Positions 46,183 to 57,372 are shown, counted from the first letter of the stretch. The stretch is 64,000 bases of DNA from Candidatus Collierbacteria bacterium RIFOXYD2_FULL_45_13 (GCA_001774685.1 MFAS01000001.1:543557-607556), one strand, 5' to 3'. The notes: generated by a model from the sequence alone, not told the origin. Program-made: numbers and translations.

Positions 46183-47461
46183 ATACCTTTTTGCGGCGGT
46201 ACTTATCTTTATTCCGTTGTATCCAAAATTTCCTCTGTTCACCCTACCTTTTACTTATGTGGCCATCAGAGCCGAAGATTTTCTCATCGTTTTCGTTTGG
46301 TTTGTGTTTCTCATGCGATTGATCGTTCAAAGGCGGATAACGTTTCCCAAAATCAGCTTCCAGTTCGGAGTCTTTTTCTTTGTTGCTTTGGTATCCAGTC
46401 TCTCCGCTATCTTAATCACTAAGAACGTTGAACCATTGCTGGTCTTACTTCATTTAGCAAGGCGTTTTGAATACATGTCCGTGTTCTTCCTCATTTATTG
46501 GGCAGTCCGGGATGCCGGAACGCGCCGTTATTATTTGGAACTATCTGTACTTCCCGCTATCGGAGTTTTTCTATACGGTATCGCCCAAATATACTTTGGG
46601 GCACCCGTTATTTCCACCATGAACGCTGAATCAAGTAAAGGCATTGCCATGTTTCTTCGTCCGGGAGTCACTTTGAATAGTACATTTGCCGGTCATTACG
46701 ACTTAGCCGTCTACCTTACCATGATCCTCACTTTTCTGGTTGCTATTAGCGCTTCGGCAACATCCTGGCTCAGGCGATTGCCTGCTTTGTCTTTATTCAT
46801 CGCCATTCTTTGGCTTTTTATGCAGGCCGGATCCAGAATTTCTCTCGTCAGTTTAGTTCTCTCGGTTTGTGTGGTTTGTTATCTCTACCGGCAATACTTA
46901 CTGGGATTTGTTTTTATTTGTTTGATTTTTGCCTCCATCGCTACCTCATCTCAATACATTAGCCGTTTCAAAAGCATCTTCCATTTTGTTACCACTCGTA
47001 CTTCTGAAGTGATGGTTAAGCCTGTTTTGGCCGCAGTCGCCACACTCTCAGCCACACCAGTAAACGAAATTGTTCCTGTCGCACCTCCCGATATTTCCAC
47101 CAGTATCCGTCTCAATGTAGAGTGGCCAAGAGCTATTCGCGCTTTTTACAAGAATCCTCTTTTGGGCACAGGCTATTCATCTATTAGTTTGGCCACCGAC
47201 AACGATTACCTTCGGGCTTTAGGTGAAACGGGTATCTTGGGTTTGCTCTCTTTCCTGGCCCTGTTACTAGCCATTGGAAAACACCTGTTGAAACAGATCA
47301 AAAAAACCTCCGGCGTCGACAAAATAATTATCATTTCCGCTATCGGTATTTTTGTCTCGTTCTTATCCACCGCCACCTTTATCGACGTTTTTGAGTCAAG
47401 TAAGATAGCCATCCTTTTTTGGGCTTTTATGGGATTAGCATTTAGTGCACAATCAAAATGA
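46130..47461 (+). CDS. O-antigen ligase/polymerase family membrane protein (Wzy_C-like)
   Basis: About 10-12 TM helices and the motif QAGSRISLVSLVLSV in a periplasmic loop. Start is uncertain: GTG at 46130 or ATG at 46133, both overlapping the upstream gene by ~50 nt. Confidence 0.5.
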   Translation: MMKKLVEHTYSVLDILYKYLFAAVLIFIPLYPKFPLFTLPFTYVAIRAEDFLIVFVWFVFLMRLIVQRRITFPKISFQFGVFFFVALVSSLSAILITKNVEPLLVLLHLARRFEYMSVFFLIYWAVRDAGTRRYYLELSVLPAIGVFLYGIAQIYFGAPVISTMNAESSKGIAMFLRPGVTLNSTFAGHYDLAVYLTMILTFLVAISASATSWLRRLPALSLFIAILWLFMQAGSRISLVSLVLSVCVVCYLYRQYLLGFVFICLIFASIATSSQYISRFKSIFHFVTTRTSEVMVKPVLAAVATLSATPVNEIVPVAPPDISTSIRLNVEWPRAIRAFYKNPLLGTGYSSISLATDNDYLRALGETGILGLLSFLALLLAIGKHLLKQIKKTSGVDKIIIISAIGIFVSFLSTATFIDVFESSKIAILFWAFMGLAFSAQSK

Positions 47462-48879
47462 TCAAGAAGATTCTTATTCTATTGGTGTTAGTCTTGGCTC
47501 TCTTCCTGAGGCTATACAAGATAGACAACCCGGTAGCCGACTGGCACTCCTTTCGTCAAGCAGACACGGCCTCTGTCGGCCGGAACTATATTGAAAAAGG
47601 AGTCAACCTCTTGGTCCCGACCTATCACGATAACTCCAACATACAGTCCGGTAAAGATAATCCGAATGGTTATCGTATGGTTGAATTTCCTCTTTACAAT
47701 CTACTTCATTACGGTGTCTATCAGATCCACCCTGCATGGGGTATCGATAAAGCGGGGCGTCTGACATCCGTTTTCCTGTCACTCATCTCGATCTACCTCG
47801 TCTATTTAATTGGTAGAAAACTTTCCGGGTTCTTTGTCGGTTTAATCGCCGCCCTCTTTATGGCGATACTCCCTTTCAATATCTATTATTCTCGGGTTAT
47901 CTTGCCGGAACCTTTAATGATTGCCTCGGTTTTAGCTTCATATTGGTACCTTATCAAAATGTCTGAAAGTGTCGGAGTCAAGAAAAGATTAAACCTTACA
48001 ATCAGCGCGATTCTTTTCGCCGTTGCAATCATGGTTAAGCCATTCGCTGTCTTCTTTGCCCTTCCTCATGCCGCAATAATTTTCCGCTCGTGGGCCAAAG
48101 CTGAGCTAAACACTTTAGATATCATTCTATTTAGTATCTTAGGTGTTACGCCCCTAATCTGGTGGAGGTACCATATTCTCAGCTACCCCACCGGTATTCC
48201 TGCAAGCGACTGGCTCCTAAATTCCAGCGGTATCCGCTTCAGGCCTGCATGGTTCAGGTGGTTGTTTAGCGAAAGGATAGGCAAGCTGATCCTGGGTGTC
48301 TACGGCACCGCCTTCTTAACGCTCGGACTGATCGCTAAACCCAGAAAAGAGGGGGTTTCCTATTGGCTTTGGGCCATAGGCATTCTGCTTTATTTTTCGA
48401 TAGTTGCGGGGGGAAACGTCCAACACGATTATTATCAAGCAATTATTATTCCCTTTATATGTTTCATTTTGGCGAAGGGAGTTGCCTTGGTCCTAAGCTT
48501 ATCCAGGACTACCTACTCCAGATTGTTAACGATTCTGATGACTGTCACCATCTTCATCTCAATGATTTCGCTCTCCTGGTATGAAATCAAGGGTTATTAT
48601 CAGATCAATAACTGGCCGATAGTCGAGTCCGGAAAAGAGGTTGAAAGATTGACACCCAAAGATGCCAAAGTGATTGCACCTTACAACGGTGATACGGCTT
48701 TCCTATATCAAACCCATCGTTCTGGTTGGCCCATAGGCTACGACATCGAAGACAAAATAGCCAAAGGAGCTACTTACTATGTCTCGGTTGTTTACGATGA
48801 TGAAGCTCGTACCCTCGAGAAAAAGTACACCTTAGTTGAAAAAACAGACCGCTTTATTATCATTAAACTTACTAAATAA
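47458..48879 (+). CDS. ArnT/PMT-like GT-C glycosyltransferase
   Basis: First loop DWHSFRQADTASVGRNYIEKG (RQADTA signature); multi-TM; soluble C-terminal domain. Confidence 0.6.
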   Translation: MIKKILILLVLVLALFLRLYKIDNPVADWHSFRQADTASVGRNYIEKGVNLLVPTYHDNSNIQSGKDNPNGYRMVEFPLYNLLHYGVYQIHPAWGIDKAGRLTSVFLSLISIYLVYLIGRKLSGFFVGLIAALFMAILPFNIYYSRVILPEPLMIASVLASYWYLIKMSESVGVKKRLNLTISAILFAVAIMVKPFAVFFALPHAAIIFRSWAKAELNTLDIILFSILGVTPLIWWRYHILSYPTGIPASDWLLNSSGIRFRPAWFRWLFSERIGKLILGVYGTAFLTLGLIAKPRKEGVSYWLWAIGILLYFSIVAGGNVQHDYYQAIIIPFICFILAKGVALVLSLSRTTYSRLLTILMTVTIFISMISLSWYEIKGYYQINNWPIVESGKEVERLTPKDAKVIAPYNGDTAFLYQTHRSGWPIGYDIEDKIAKGATYYVSVVYDDEARTLEKKYTLVEKTDRFIIIKLTK

Positions 48880-50079
48880 ATGAAAATCCTCATGCTTACC
48901 CCTTATCTTCCCTATCCGGATAGCTCGGGTGGGCAGATAAGGACACAAAACCTACTGAAGCACTTGTGCAAAAACCACGAAATCACCCTAGTATCTCTAA
49001 TCAAGGATGCTAAAGAAAACGAAAACATTATGCATTTGTTGAAATACTGTAAGAAAGTCATGACCTTTCAAAGAAGCGCCACACCCTGGACATTAAAAAA
49101 CATTCTTAAAACCGGTTTTTCTTTTGATCCCTTTCTTATCGTCAGAAACTTTGCTCCGGGTGTTAAAGAGGCAGTCACCAAAGAGCTGGAAACGGGGGAG
49201 TACGATCTCGTTCACGCCGAAACATTTTATGTCATGCCCAGTATTCCCAAAACAGACCTTCCTATTATTCTGGTAGACCAAACCATTGAGTATCTCGTCT
49301 ATCAACACTATGTCAACGAAACCGCTCCCTGGTATCTCAAACCATTACTCCAAATAGATGTTGAAAAAATGAAGTTCTCTGAGAGATTTTACTGGCGCAA
49401 AGCTTCACAGGTAGTGGCGGTTTCCGAAGCAGATAAAAGAGAAATGCTCAAACTGGAACCGGAACTGAACGTCGAAATTGTTCCGAACGGTGTAAATCTT
49501 GATCTGTTTAGAAAAAAAACCAATTGGAGTACCAAAGAAAAAGCGATCCTATTAATCAGCAACTTCAAGTGGCTCCAAAACGTCGAAGCTGCCCACTTAC
49601 TAATAAACAAGGTCTTTCCGTTGGTTCAGGACAAGGTCAAAGGAGTCAAGCTCTGGATCATTGGTCAATATGTACCGAAAGAGATTATTGAGATAAAAGA
49701 GAAGGACATTCTGGTCAAGTCTGTTCCGGAGGAAGACGTTCAAACCTTGGTTGACGCCTGGCACGATGCCACAGTTTTTGCTTCCACCATCAAAGGCCCC
49801 GGCGGGACCCGTCTCAAAAACCTGGCCGCTATGGCTAGTCAGCTTCCAATCGTGTCTACCAAGGTAGGCGTGGAGGGGCTCATGGTTGAAGATAAGAAGC
49901 ACGTTCTGATCGGCAATACACCGGCCAAAATCGCCGATTTACTGGTAAAAGTGATAAAATCACCCAGTTTGGCAGAGCATCTTGCTTTGTCGACCAGGCA
50001 CCATGTCGAAATGAACTTCGATTGGCGGATTATCGCCAAAGGCCTGGACTCCCTCTACAACAAACTCGGTAAAAAATGA
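48880..50079 (+). CDS. glycosyltransferase family 4
   Basis: GT-B architecture; C-terminal …[40 protein letters not shown]. Confidence 0.6.
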   Translation: MKILMLTPYLPYPDSSGGQIRTQNLLKHLCKNHEITLVSLIKDAKENENIMHLLKYCKKVMTFQRSATPWTLKNILKTGFSFDPFLIVRNFAPGVKEAVTKELETGEYDLVHAETFYVMPSIPKTDLPIILVDQTIEYLVYQHYVNETAPWYLKPLLQIDVEKMKFSERFYWRKASQVVAVSEADKREMLKLEPELNVEIVPNGVNLDLFRKKTNWSTKEKAILLISNFKWLQNVEAAHLLINKVFPLVQDKVKGVKLWIIGQYVPKEIIEIKEKDILVKSVPEEDVQTLVDAWHDATVFASTIKGPGGTRLKNLAAMASQLPIVSTKVGVEGLMVEDKKHVLIGNTPAKIADLLVKVIKSPSLAEHLALSTRHHVEMNFDWRIIAKGLDSLYNKLGKK

Positions 50080-51002
50080 AAAAATATAAATACGATTTGG
50101 CGGTTATTATCGTCAATTACAACACAAAACAACTATTGGAAGACTGTCTTAGCTCGGTTTTTAAGGCCGACCAGCCCAAAGACGGTCTTCAAGTCATTGT
50201 GGTCGATAACGGCTCAAAGGATGGAAGTTTGGAGCTTCTTGCCCGGATGGAAAAGAAGTACCCCAATCTTCTTGTCATCGCCAACTCGGAGAATCTTGGC
50301 TTTGCCAAGGCTAACAATATCGGGGTTGACAGTAGTGACGCCAAACATATTCTTTTCCTAAACTCAGATACTGTTGTTAAGCGCTATAGCCTTGTAAAGC
50401 CCCGCAAGTTCCTCAAAGATCATCCCAAAGTTGGCGCCGTCACCATCAAGCTTTTCCTTAAGGACGGTAGCATTGACTACGACAACCATCGCGGATTTCC
50501 CACCCCTTGGGCTGCTTTAACCAAGTTCTCCGGTCTCTCCACCCTTTTTCCCAAGTCGACATTTTTTAATAGTTATCATCTGGGCCACCGCGGTCTAGAT
50601 AGAATTCACCAAATCCCTGTCGCCGCCGGTTCTTATATGATGATGCCCACCAAACTGTTCCACCAGATTGGTATGTGGGACGAAACCTACTTCTTTTATG
50701 GAGAAGATATCGACCTCTGCTATCGAATCAACCAAGCTGGGTACAAAATTATTTACTATCCCAAAGTCAGCACCTTGCATTTGAGGGGAGCCTCTTCGGG
50801 TCTTAGAAAAGAAAACGCCAAGACCGCTGTTTCCAGCAAAGCTAACCGTTTAAAAGTGGCCAAAGCTTCTACAGACGCTTGGAGAATCTTCTATAAGAAA
50901 TTCTATTCAGACAAGTATCCCTTTATTGTTACGGCTACCGTGGTTACCGGTATCACCATCTTGGGTAATATTAGAGTATTAAAACACAGGCTCACAAAAT
51001 GA
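50076..51002 (+). CDS. glycosyltransferase family 2
   Basis: [21 protein letters not shown]...[12 protein letters not shown]...FLNSDT. Paralogous in layout to the 45274..46182 gene. Confidence 0.65.
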   Translation: MKKYKYDLAVIIVNYNTKQLLEDCLSSVFKADQPKDGLQVIVVDNGSKDGSLELLARMEKKYPNLLVIANSENLGFAKANNIGVDSSDAKHILFLNSDTVVKRYSLVKPRKFLKDHPKVGAVTIKLFLKDGSIDYDNHRGFPTPWAALTKFSGLSTLFPKSTFFNSYHLGHRGLDRIHQIPVAAGSYMMMPTKLFHQIGMWDETYFFYGEDIDLCYRINQAGYKIIYYPKVSTLHLRGASSGLRKENAKTAVSSKANRLKVAKASTDAWRIFYKKFYSDKYPFIVTATVVTGITILGNIRVLKHRLTK

Positions 51003-52135
51003 GAATAGGTATCGACGCCCGTCTATATGGCCTGGAACATGCAGGGCTCGGTAGGTATGTGATGAAACTAGTCGAAAACATTTTGAAACTCGACAAAAAG
51101 AACGACTATGTTCTTTTCCTAAGGACGCCTCATAAAGACGCCTTTAAAGGCAAAAACAGAGTCACGGTTATTGAATGTAATGTTCCTATTTACGGTCTCA
51201 CAGAACAGCTTGTCCTTCCTTTCATTTTTGCCAAAGAAAAGCTGGACCTTCTTCACGTTCCCCATTTCAACGCACCGCTATTCTACCCCCACAAATTTAT
51301 CCTTACTGTTCATGACCTGATCAAACACGACTCAAAGGGACCCGAGACCACTACGAGAGCGCCCTGGCTCTATATTGTCAAAAGGCTTGGTTACTTATTT
51401 CTGACGAGATCCATTGCTTTTAGGGCGTCCGCAATACTCGTTCCCTCAGGTTTTGTCCGAGACGATCTAATTAAACGTCTCAAAATACCCGCAGATAAAA
51501 TCACCGTCACCTACGAAGCCACCTCATCAAGTTTAAAAGATATTGTTCTCTCTCAAAATGCCGCGAAAGAAGTTCTTTCCAAATATGGATTATCACAACC
51601 GATTTTAGTTTATACCGGTAGTCTTTATCCTCACAAAAATGTAGATTTGCTTATCGATGCTGTCGTCAAGCACAACGAAAATAAAGAGGTAGATCTGCAG
51701 CTGGCCTTGATTTGTTCACGGACGGTATTTTGGAACAGGACCTACGAAAAAATAAAGAACAGGGGCTTGGAGGGTGTCGTGAAAATGCTTGGTTTTGTCG
51801 ACGACGAAAATCTTTCCAAGATATATAGTTTGGCGCTTGCGCTCGTACATCCGAGTAAACTGGAAGGCTTTGGTCTGACCGGCCTGGAGGCTATGAGCGT
51901 CGGCCTTCCGGTGATTTCATCGAATGCCAGTTGCCTGCCGGAAGTTTATGGTCAGGCGGCCTTGTATTTTGACCCGGAAAGTGTTGACGACCTTGTCTCC
52001 AAAATTGATATGCTGATAAAACACCCAGACCTCAGAGAACATTTATCGGAGGCCGGCTATCAGCAAGTTCGCAAGTACTCCTGGGAAAGAATGGCGCGGG
52101 AAACCATCTCGGTTTATAAAACTCTACTGAAATGA
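50999..52135 (+). CDS. glycosyltransferase family 4
   Basis: [38 protein letters not shown]. Confidence 0.65.
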   Translation: MRIGIDARLYGLEHAGLGRYVMKLVENILKLDKKNDYVLFLRTPHKDAFKGKNRVTVIECNVPIYGLTEQLVLPFIFAKEKLDLLHVPHFNAPLFYPHKFILTVHDLIKHDSKGPETTTRAPWLYIVKRLGYLFLTRSIAFRASAILVPSGFVRDDLIKRLKIPADKITVTYEATSSSLKDIVLSQNAAKEVLSKYGLSQPILVYTGSLYPHKNVDLLIDAVVKHNENKEVDLQLALICSRTVFWNRTYEKIKNRGLEGVVKMLGFVDDENLSKIYSLALALVHPSKLEGFGLTGLEAMSVGLPVISSNASCLPEVYGQAALYFDPESVDDLVSKIDMLIKHPDLREHLSEAGYQQVRKYSWERMARETISVYKTLLK

Positions 52136-53229
52136 AAATAGCTCTGGTTTATGATCGGATCAACAAATTTGGAGGAGCCGAAAGACTCTTGTTATCTCTT
52201 CACCGCCTGTATCCGGACGCACCTATTTATACTTTGGTTCACGAACCAAAAACATCCCATTGGGCGGAAGATATCCGGATTACCCCAACCTTTTTAAACA
52301 GAGTTTCCTTCTTAAGGTCCAAACACGAGTGGCTAGCCCCCATTGCCCCATTAGCTTTCGAAACCCACGATTTATCGGAATTCGAAGTTGTGATTAGCAT
52401 CACAAGTGGTGATGCTAAGTCAATTATTACTAGACCTCACCAGCTTCACGTCTGTTATTGCCTCACCCCGACAAGGTATTTTTGGAGCGGAGTTTCGGAA
52501 TATAAAGAAGACAAAAAACTTAAATATATTCCAGCGGTTATCAGAGAATATTTTAAATCAGTGGATCTGGTTATCTCTCAAAGGCCGGATGAATACATTT
52601 CTATATCAAACGAAGTTCAAGACAGAGTAAAAAAATACTACAAAAGAACTTCCAAGGTTGTCTACCCTCCAATCGAGGACAAGTTCTATACAAAAACCCA
52701 AATATCTCCTGATAACAGAGACTATTATCTAATTGTTTCTAGATTGGTGCCTTACAAGAAGGTTGATCTGGCCATTTCCACCTTTAACCGGTTAAAGTTG
52801 CCACTGATTGTCGTCGGCATCGGAAGTGAACAAAGAAAATTAAAAAAAATGGCAGGTAATAATATTTCCTTTGTCGGTGCTGTAGACGATCGGCAACTAA
52901 TCCAATATTACCGTCACGCAAAAGCTTTAATATTTCCTCAGGAAGAAGATTTTGGCTTGGTACCCTTAGAGTCTCAGGCCTCCGGTACCCCAGTCATTGC
53001 TTACGCAAAAGGGGGGGCTCTAGAAACCGTCATCTCCGGTCAAACGGGTTATTTTTTCGATGAACAAAACGAAGAGTCACTTAGCCTTGCTATCCACCAA
53101 TTTGAAAAAAAACTGCTGCGTCCCGAAACTTGTGTCCAAAATGCAGAGAGATTCAATTTCAATGCTTTTTCTTCCCGATTTTCCGAAATGATTAATTCTT
53201 ACTACGAAAGTTATAAGGTCTCTTCCTAG
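52132..53229 (+). CDS. glycosyltransferase family 4
   Basis: EDFGLVPLESQASGTPVIAYAKGGALETVISGQTGYFF. Confidence 0.65.
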   Translation: MKIALVYDRINKFGGAERLLLSLHRLYPDAPIYTLVHEPKTSHWAEDIRITPTFLNRVSFLRSKHEWLAPIAPLAFETHDLSEFEVVISITSGDAKSIITRPHQLHVCYCLTPTRYFWSGVSEYKEDKKLKYIPAVIREYFKSVDLVISQRPDEYISISNEVQDRVKKYYKRTSKVVYPPIEDKFYTKTQISPDNRDYYLIVSRLVPYKKVDLAISTFNRLKLPLIVVGIGSEQRKLKKMAGNNISFVGAVDDRQLIQYYRHAKALIFPQEEDFGLVPLESQASGTPVIAYAKGGALETVISGQTGYFFDEQNEESLSLAIHQFEKKLLRPETCVQNAERFNFNAFSSRFSEMINSYYESYKVSS

Positions 53230-54254
53230 ACAACTTCTCCCACGCTACCGCATTTATCTTTTTTGCATACCAGTATTCCGCCATTTCCTTCGACAACCAC
53301 AATGTCGTTTAAACCCAAAATAGCAATTTTCATTTTGTTTTCACTGTAACAGAACGAGTTGGTGCTTTCCACTTCTATCGTTCCGCCATTCTTAGGCGAC
53401 ATATCATTATCGGCATAGTATTTATCCAGTGACTCCCATGTTCCGAAATCAGTCCACTCAAAAGGATGCTCGATCACTAAAAACTTTCGGTCGGGGATCG
53501 CCTTCTTCGTAACCTCTTCCAATGCTCCCTTAGGCATTTTTTGGAACTCGGTTCTTACGTCCGATCCGGATGCAATCTTGGCCAAAGGACCGTACCAGTC
53601 TGGACGATATTTGTGGAACATTTTGAGTAAGTTGTTCGGAGTCATCGAAGTGTGGTTTGTATGAACCAAAAGCCTGCCTGTTTTGAAATTTTCACGGATC
53701 TTGTCAACGTCGTTTCGATCAACATATTCATCTACTTCAAATATCTTCGCCTCATCCAATTCACCTATCTGCCTACCCTTCAACAAAAAATCGACACCCT
53801 TCAGCATTCTCGTTGGGACAAAACCCCCGGAGATATATTGATCGGAACTGGTGGCCAGTTTCTCGGCCAGATCCATACTTAAGAAGAATTTCTCGGACGG
53901 ACTCCGAAGAACATCCACTTGGACCAAAAAGAACGGCTCGTCACCTCTTCCCAGCTTTTTAAGCATAGCCGCCGCCAAACCGGTAGCCGGACCCTGATTT
54001 CTCGATTCAGGCTCAATAAACACATTATTTTCAATAACTTCAGGCACTATTCTCTTGATAATCTTTGCTTGCTCCTGGTTAGTTTGGATAAAGATTTCTT
54101 CGGGCTGATATCTGTTTCTAAGCATCTCCCAATTAAGCTCAAATAAGGACCGATCTGAGATTAGGGGCAAAAACTGTTTCGGGAGAGAAGGCGTGCTCAG
54201 AGGCCACATTTTTGTGCCCACCCCCCCACAGATTATTACTGGTATCATATTCAA
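53226..54254 (-). CDS. manC: mannose-1-phosphate guanylyltransferase (sugar nucleotidyltransferase)
   Basis: N-terminal IPVIICGGVGTKMWPLS…PKQF (GxGxR/K-type nucleotidyltransferase motif) plus GMPP-like downstream motifs. No cupin domain. Confidence 0.7.
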   Translation of the reverse strand: MNMIPVIICGGVGTKMWPLSTPSLPKQFLPLISDRSLFELNWEMLRNRYQPEEIFIQTNQEQAKIIKRIVPEVIENNVFIEPESRNQGPATGLAAAMLKKLGRGDEPFFLVQVDVLRSPSEKFFLSMDLAEKLATSSDQYISGGFVPTRMLKGVDFLLKGRQIGELDEAKIFEVDEYVDRNDVDKIRENFKTGRLLVHTNHTSMTPNNLLKMFHKYRPDWYGPLAKIASGSDVRTEFQKMPKGALEEVTKKAIPDRKFLVIEHPFEWTDFGTWESLDKYYADNDMSPKNGGTIEVESTNSFCYSENKMKIAILGLNDIVVVEGNGGILVCKKDKCGSVGEVV

Positions 54255-54308
54255 GCATTATAACGCACCCATTGTAACCAATTTTAGGTTAAAATATACC
54301 CACCTCTT

Positions 54309-54959
54309 ATGTTTTACGATATTTTGAAACGGATCATGGATGTTGTCGGAGCTGTTGTTATGGGTATCCTTTTCCTACCTATTTGGATCATTATCCCCAT
54401 CCTCCTCAAGCTGGATTCAAGGGGACCGGTATTTTACAAGCCGGAACGGGTTGGTAAGGATGGAAAGATCTTCAATATGTACAAGTTCAGGTCTATGAAA
54501 ATGTTTGAAGTAGAAGGAAAAGAGGTTCACGCGGTTGAATTTTGGAAACACAATCCTAAGCTATTCGAAAAATACAAAAAAAATGGCTGGAAACTGGAAC
54601 TCGACGAAGATCCTCGCATTACTAAGCTCGGTAAAATCCTGCGCCAAACCAGCATCGACGAAATGCCTCAGGTGATTAATGTGCTTAAGGGAGAGATGAG
54701 TATCGTTGGCCCCAGAGCCTATGTAGAACCGGAACTGCTGGATGCCAAGAAGAGATATGGCAAAACCATCGCCGGAGTTATTAAAGAGAGTCTCTCGGCC
54801 AAACCAGGCATTACCGGCCCATGGCAGGTTTCGGGACGAAATGAGATTCCTTGGAATCAGCGGGTAGCCATCGATGCCGATTATGCCAAGAGACGATCCA
54901 TTTTGTATGACACATACATTATCCTAAAAACTCCGTTTGCTATGATTAGTAAGTGGTAA
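54309..54959 (+). CDS. polyprenyl-phosphate sugar-1-phosphate transferase (bacterial sugar transferase, PglC/WbaP C-domain-like)
   Basis: One N-terminal re-entrant helix; KLDSRGPVFYKPERVGKDGKIFNMYKFRSM…DEMPQVINVLKGEMSIVGPR…PGITGPWQVSGRN. Confidence 0.75.
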   Translation: MFYDILKRIMDVVGAVVMGILFLPIWIIIPILLKLDSRGPVFYKPERVGKDGKIFNMYKFRSMKMFEVEGKEVHAVEFWKHNPKLFEKYKKNGWKLELDEDPRITKLGKILRQTSIDEMPQVINVLKGEMSIVGPRAYVEPELLDAKKRYGKTIAGVIKESLSAKPGITGPWQVSGRNEIPWNQRVAIDADYAKRRSILYDTYIILKTPFAMISKW

Positions 54960-54970
54960 TTTGCATTAAT

Positions 54971-56827
54971 ATGAAAAAGAAACTCTTATATGTTCTCTTC
55001 TCTCTGGTTATCATTATTCTGCTTCTGGGCGGTGCCGTTGCCTATGGTTACTTTACCGTCAAGTCATTTACCCCAAATATTCAGGCTCTCCAGCAGACGG
55101 GCTCCAAGCTCTCCACTGCTTTTCAGGGTCAAGACCTTGTGGTGGCAAAGTTGGAAGCACAAAACTTGAACCGTCAAATTGGTGAGTTGGATGTTAAATA
55201 CCGGAAGGTGGGCTGGGTTGGTTCTCTCCCGTTTTTGGGTGTATACCAACAGGACGGTCAGCACGGTATCAATGCAGGAAAATCTTTAATTAAATCGGTC
55301 GAAACTTTAATTGCCTCAGTCGAGCCGTATGCCGACCTTCTTGGGTTCAAAACAACGGGCATCGCCACCCCCTCCGGCCAGCCGAAGGCTCAATCCATTG
55401 AAGACAGAATTGTTTTCATGGCCGAAACTCTAGACAAAATTAGCCCTGATTTGGAAAAAGTCGAGAACGATATGGTCGCAGCCCAAAAAGAGCTCGAGCA
55501 AATCAATCCGGCACGTTATCCGGAAACTTTTTCCGGGAAGAACATTCGTAGCAAAATAGTCGAGATCAAATCTACCATTTCCGACTCAGCCAAGCTTCTG
55601 TCTCAGGCAAAACCGCTGATTAAACTACTACCCGATCTTTTGGGTAATCCAAATCCAAAAACATATATGGTTCTTTTTCAGAATGATGCCGAGCTACGAC
55701 CAACCGGAGGGTTCATGACGGCCTACGCTTTTTTGAGAGTTTCCAAAGGTAGGATTGAACCATTGTCTTCTTTTGATATTTACGATCTAGATGCCCGTTT
55801 CAATAAAAAGGTTCCGGCACCCGACGCCATCAAGAAGTACCTCAACGAAACCTATCTCAATCTTAGAAACTCAAACATCTCACCGGATTATAAAGTTTCC
55901 ATGGACCTCTTCTACAAATACTACAAAGACATTCCTGGCTTTCCACACCCTGACGCCATCGTGGCAATTGATACCCATTTTCCGGTCGAGATCCTCAAGG
56001 TGATTGGTCCAATTGGGGTGGGGGGTTGGGGTAACTTCGGTCCCCAAAACGATCCTGCCTGTGACTGTCCCCAGGTGGTCTATCAACTCGAGCTCATTGC
56101 AGACAGGCCTGTCGCAGGCTTCAGAGCCGGACGTAAGGCCGTTCTGGGACCTCTCATGCACTCCATGTTGGCGAACGCTATGGGTAGCCCCAAGCACACT
56201 TGGCCCAAACTGGTCAATGTTGTTCTGGACGCGATCAAACAAAAGCATTTACTCTTTTACTTCTTGGAAAATAAAACCCAAAAGGTAGCCGAAGATTTCA
56301 ACGCTGCCGGCCGAATCAGGCCGTATAGTTTTGACTACCTACACATCAACGATGCCAACTTTGGCGGGGCCAAGTCGGATATGTACATAACTCGTGAAGT
56401 AGAGCAAGAAATAGAAAAATCGGATAATATCACCACCAAGACGGTATCCATCAGTTACAACAATCCACGGAAGGGGAGTAATTGCAATCTGGAAGCTGGC
56501 CAGCTCTGTCTAAACGGAGTCTACCGGGATTACATTCGGTTGCTCGTCCCCAAAGGCTCAAAGTTGCTCTCGGTAGTCGGCTCCGAGGTCAAGGAAGTAG
56601 TTTCCGAAGACATGGACAAAACAGTTTTTGAAGCCTTCTTCACCATGAGACCACAGTCCAGCAGCAAGATAGTCTTCAAATATGAGCTGCCGCCCCTGGA
56701 CCTCTCCACTTATAAGATGCTCATCCAAAAACAACCGGGAACACCCTCCATCAAACACACGATTATTTTGAATGGCAATCAGATCGTCGTCGATGTAGAT
56801 CAGGACAAGGAAGTAATCTTAAATTAA
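54971..56827 (+). CDS. membrane-anchored protein, DUF4012-like
   Basis: ATG at 54971 (the track GTG at 54953 is upstream). Single N-terminal TM, coiled-coil region, and the conserved-looking NDAELRPTGGF segment. Confidence 0.4.
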   Translation: MKKKLLYVLFSLVIIILLLGGAVAYGYFTVKSFTPNIQALQQTGSKLSTAFQGQDLVVAKLEAQNLNRQIGELDVKYRKVGWVGSLPFLGVYQQDGQHGINAGKSLIKSVETLIASVEPYADLLGFKTTGIATPSGQPKAQSIEDRIVFMAETLDKISPDLEKVENDMVAAQKELEQINPARYPETFSGKNIRSKIVEIKSTISDSAKLLSQAKPLIKLLPDLLGNPNPKTYMVLFQNDAELRPTGGFMTAYAFLRVSKGRIEPLSSFDIYDLDARFNKKVPAPDAIKKYLNETYLNLRNSNISPDYKVSMDLFYKYYKDIPGFPHPDAIVAIDTHFPVEILKVIGPIGVGGWGNFGPQNDPACDCPQVVYQLELIADRPVAGFRAGRKAVLGPLMHSMLANAMGSPKHTWPKLVNVVLDAIKQKHLLFYFLENKTQKVAEDFNAAGRIRPYSFDYLHINDANFGGAKSDMYITREVEQEIEKSDNITTKTVSISYNNPRKGSNCNLEAGQLCLNGVYRDYIRLLVPKGSKLLSVVGSEVKEVVSEDMDKTVFEAFFTMRPQSSSKIVFKYELPPLDLSTYKMLIQKQPGTPSIKHTIILNGNQIVVDVDQDKEVILN

Positions 56828-57367
56828 GTGAACGCGCCATACTCTGATGTTGGTATCGTGGTGCGGGTAGTTGATTCGGGAGAAGCGGACAAATATATAA
56901 GTGTTGTATCTGAAAATCATGGTTTGAGTCTCTTTCAGGCCAGAGGAGTTAGGCGGGCGACATCCAAAAAATCTTCACATCTTGATCTGTTCAACCTGAT
57001 AAGGTTCAGCGTTGGTAGAGGCGAGAGTCCACGTTACATGAATCAGGTCGAATCGGTCGCCTATTTTCCGGGCATCAAATCAAGTTATGTCAAGGTCGGT
57101 ATCTGTATGACCATCACGGAAATCCTGGTCAACACCTTGCCTGTTGACTCCGAGGATCGGGAAATATTTATGTCCCTAAAATCATTTTTGGATGGTCTAG
57201 AAAAAGCCGTCAATCAAAAAGAAATTAACAATCTTAGCCGTCGGTTTGGACTCTTTCTTCTTAGACATCTTGGATATCCGCCACCAAGGTTTCCCGAAAA
57301 AGATAATTTGTCTACCTACTTTGAAGTCATTATGAACCGCAAAATTATCAGTAAAGATATAAAATAA
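56828..57367 (+). CDS. recO: DNA repair protein RecO (short form, OB-fold N-domain)
   Basis: GIVVRVVDSGEADKYISVVSENHGLSLFQARGVRR (RecO OB fold) and …FGLFLLRHLGYPP (RecO helical-domain motif). At 179 aa it lacks the C-terminal zinc-finger region. Confidence 0.5.
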   Translation: MNAPYSDVGIVVRVVDSGEADKYISVVSENHGLSLFQARGVRRATSKKSSHLDLFNLIRFSVGRGESPRYMNQVESVAYFPGIKSSYVKVGICMTITEILVNTLPVDSEDREIFMSLKSFLDGLEKAVNQKEINNLSRRFGLFLLRHLGYPPPRFPEKDNLSTYFEVIMNRKIISKDIK

Positions 57368-57372
57368 TCTCT

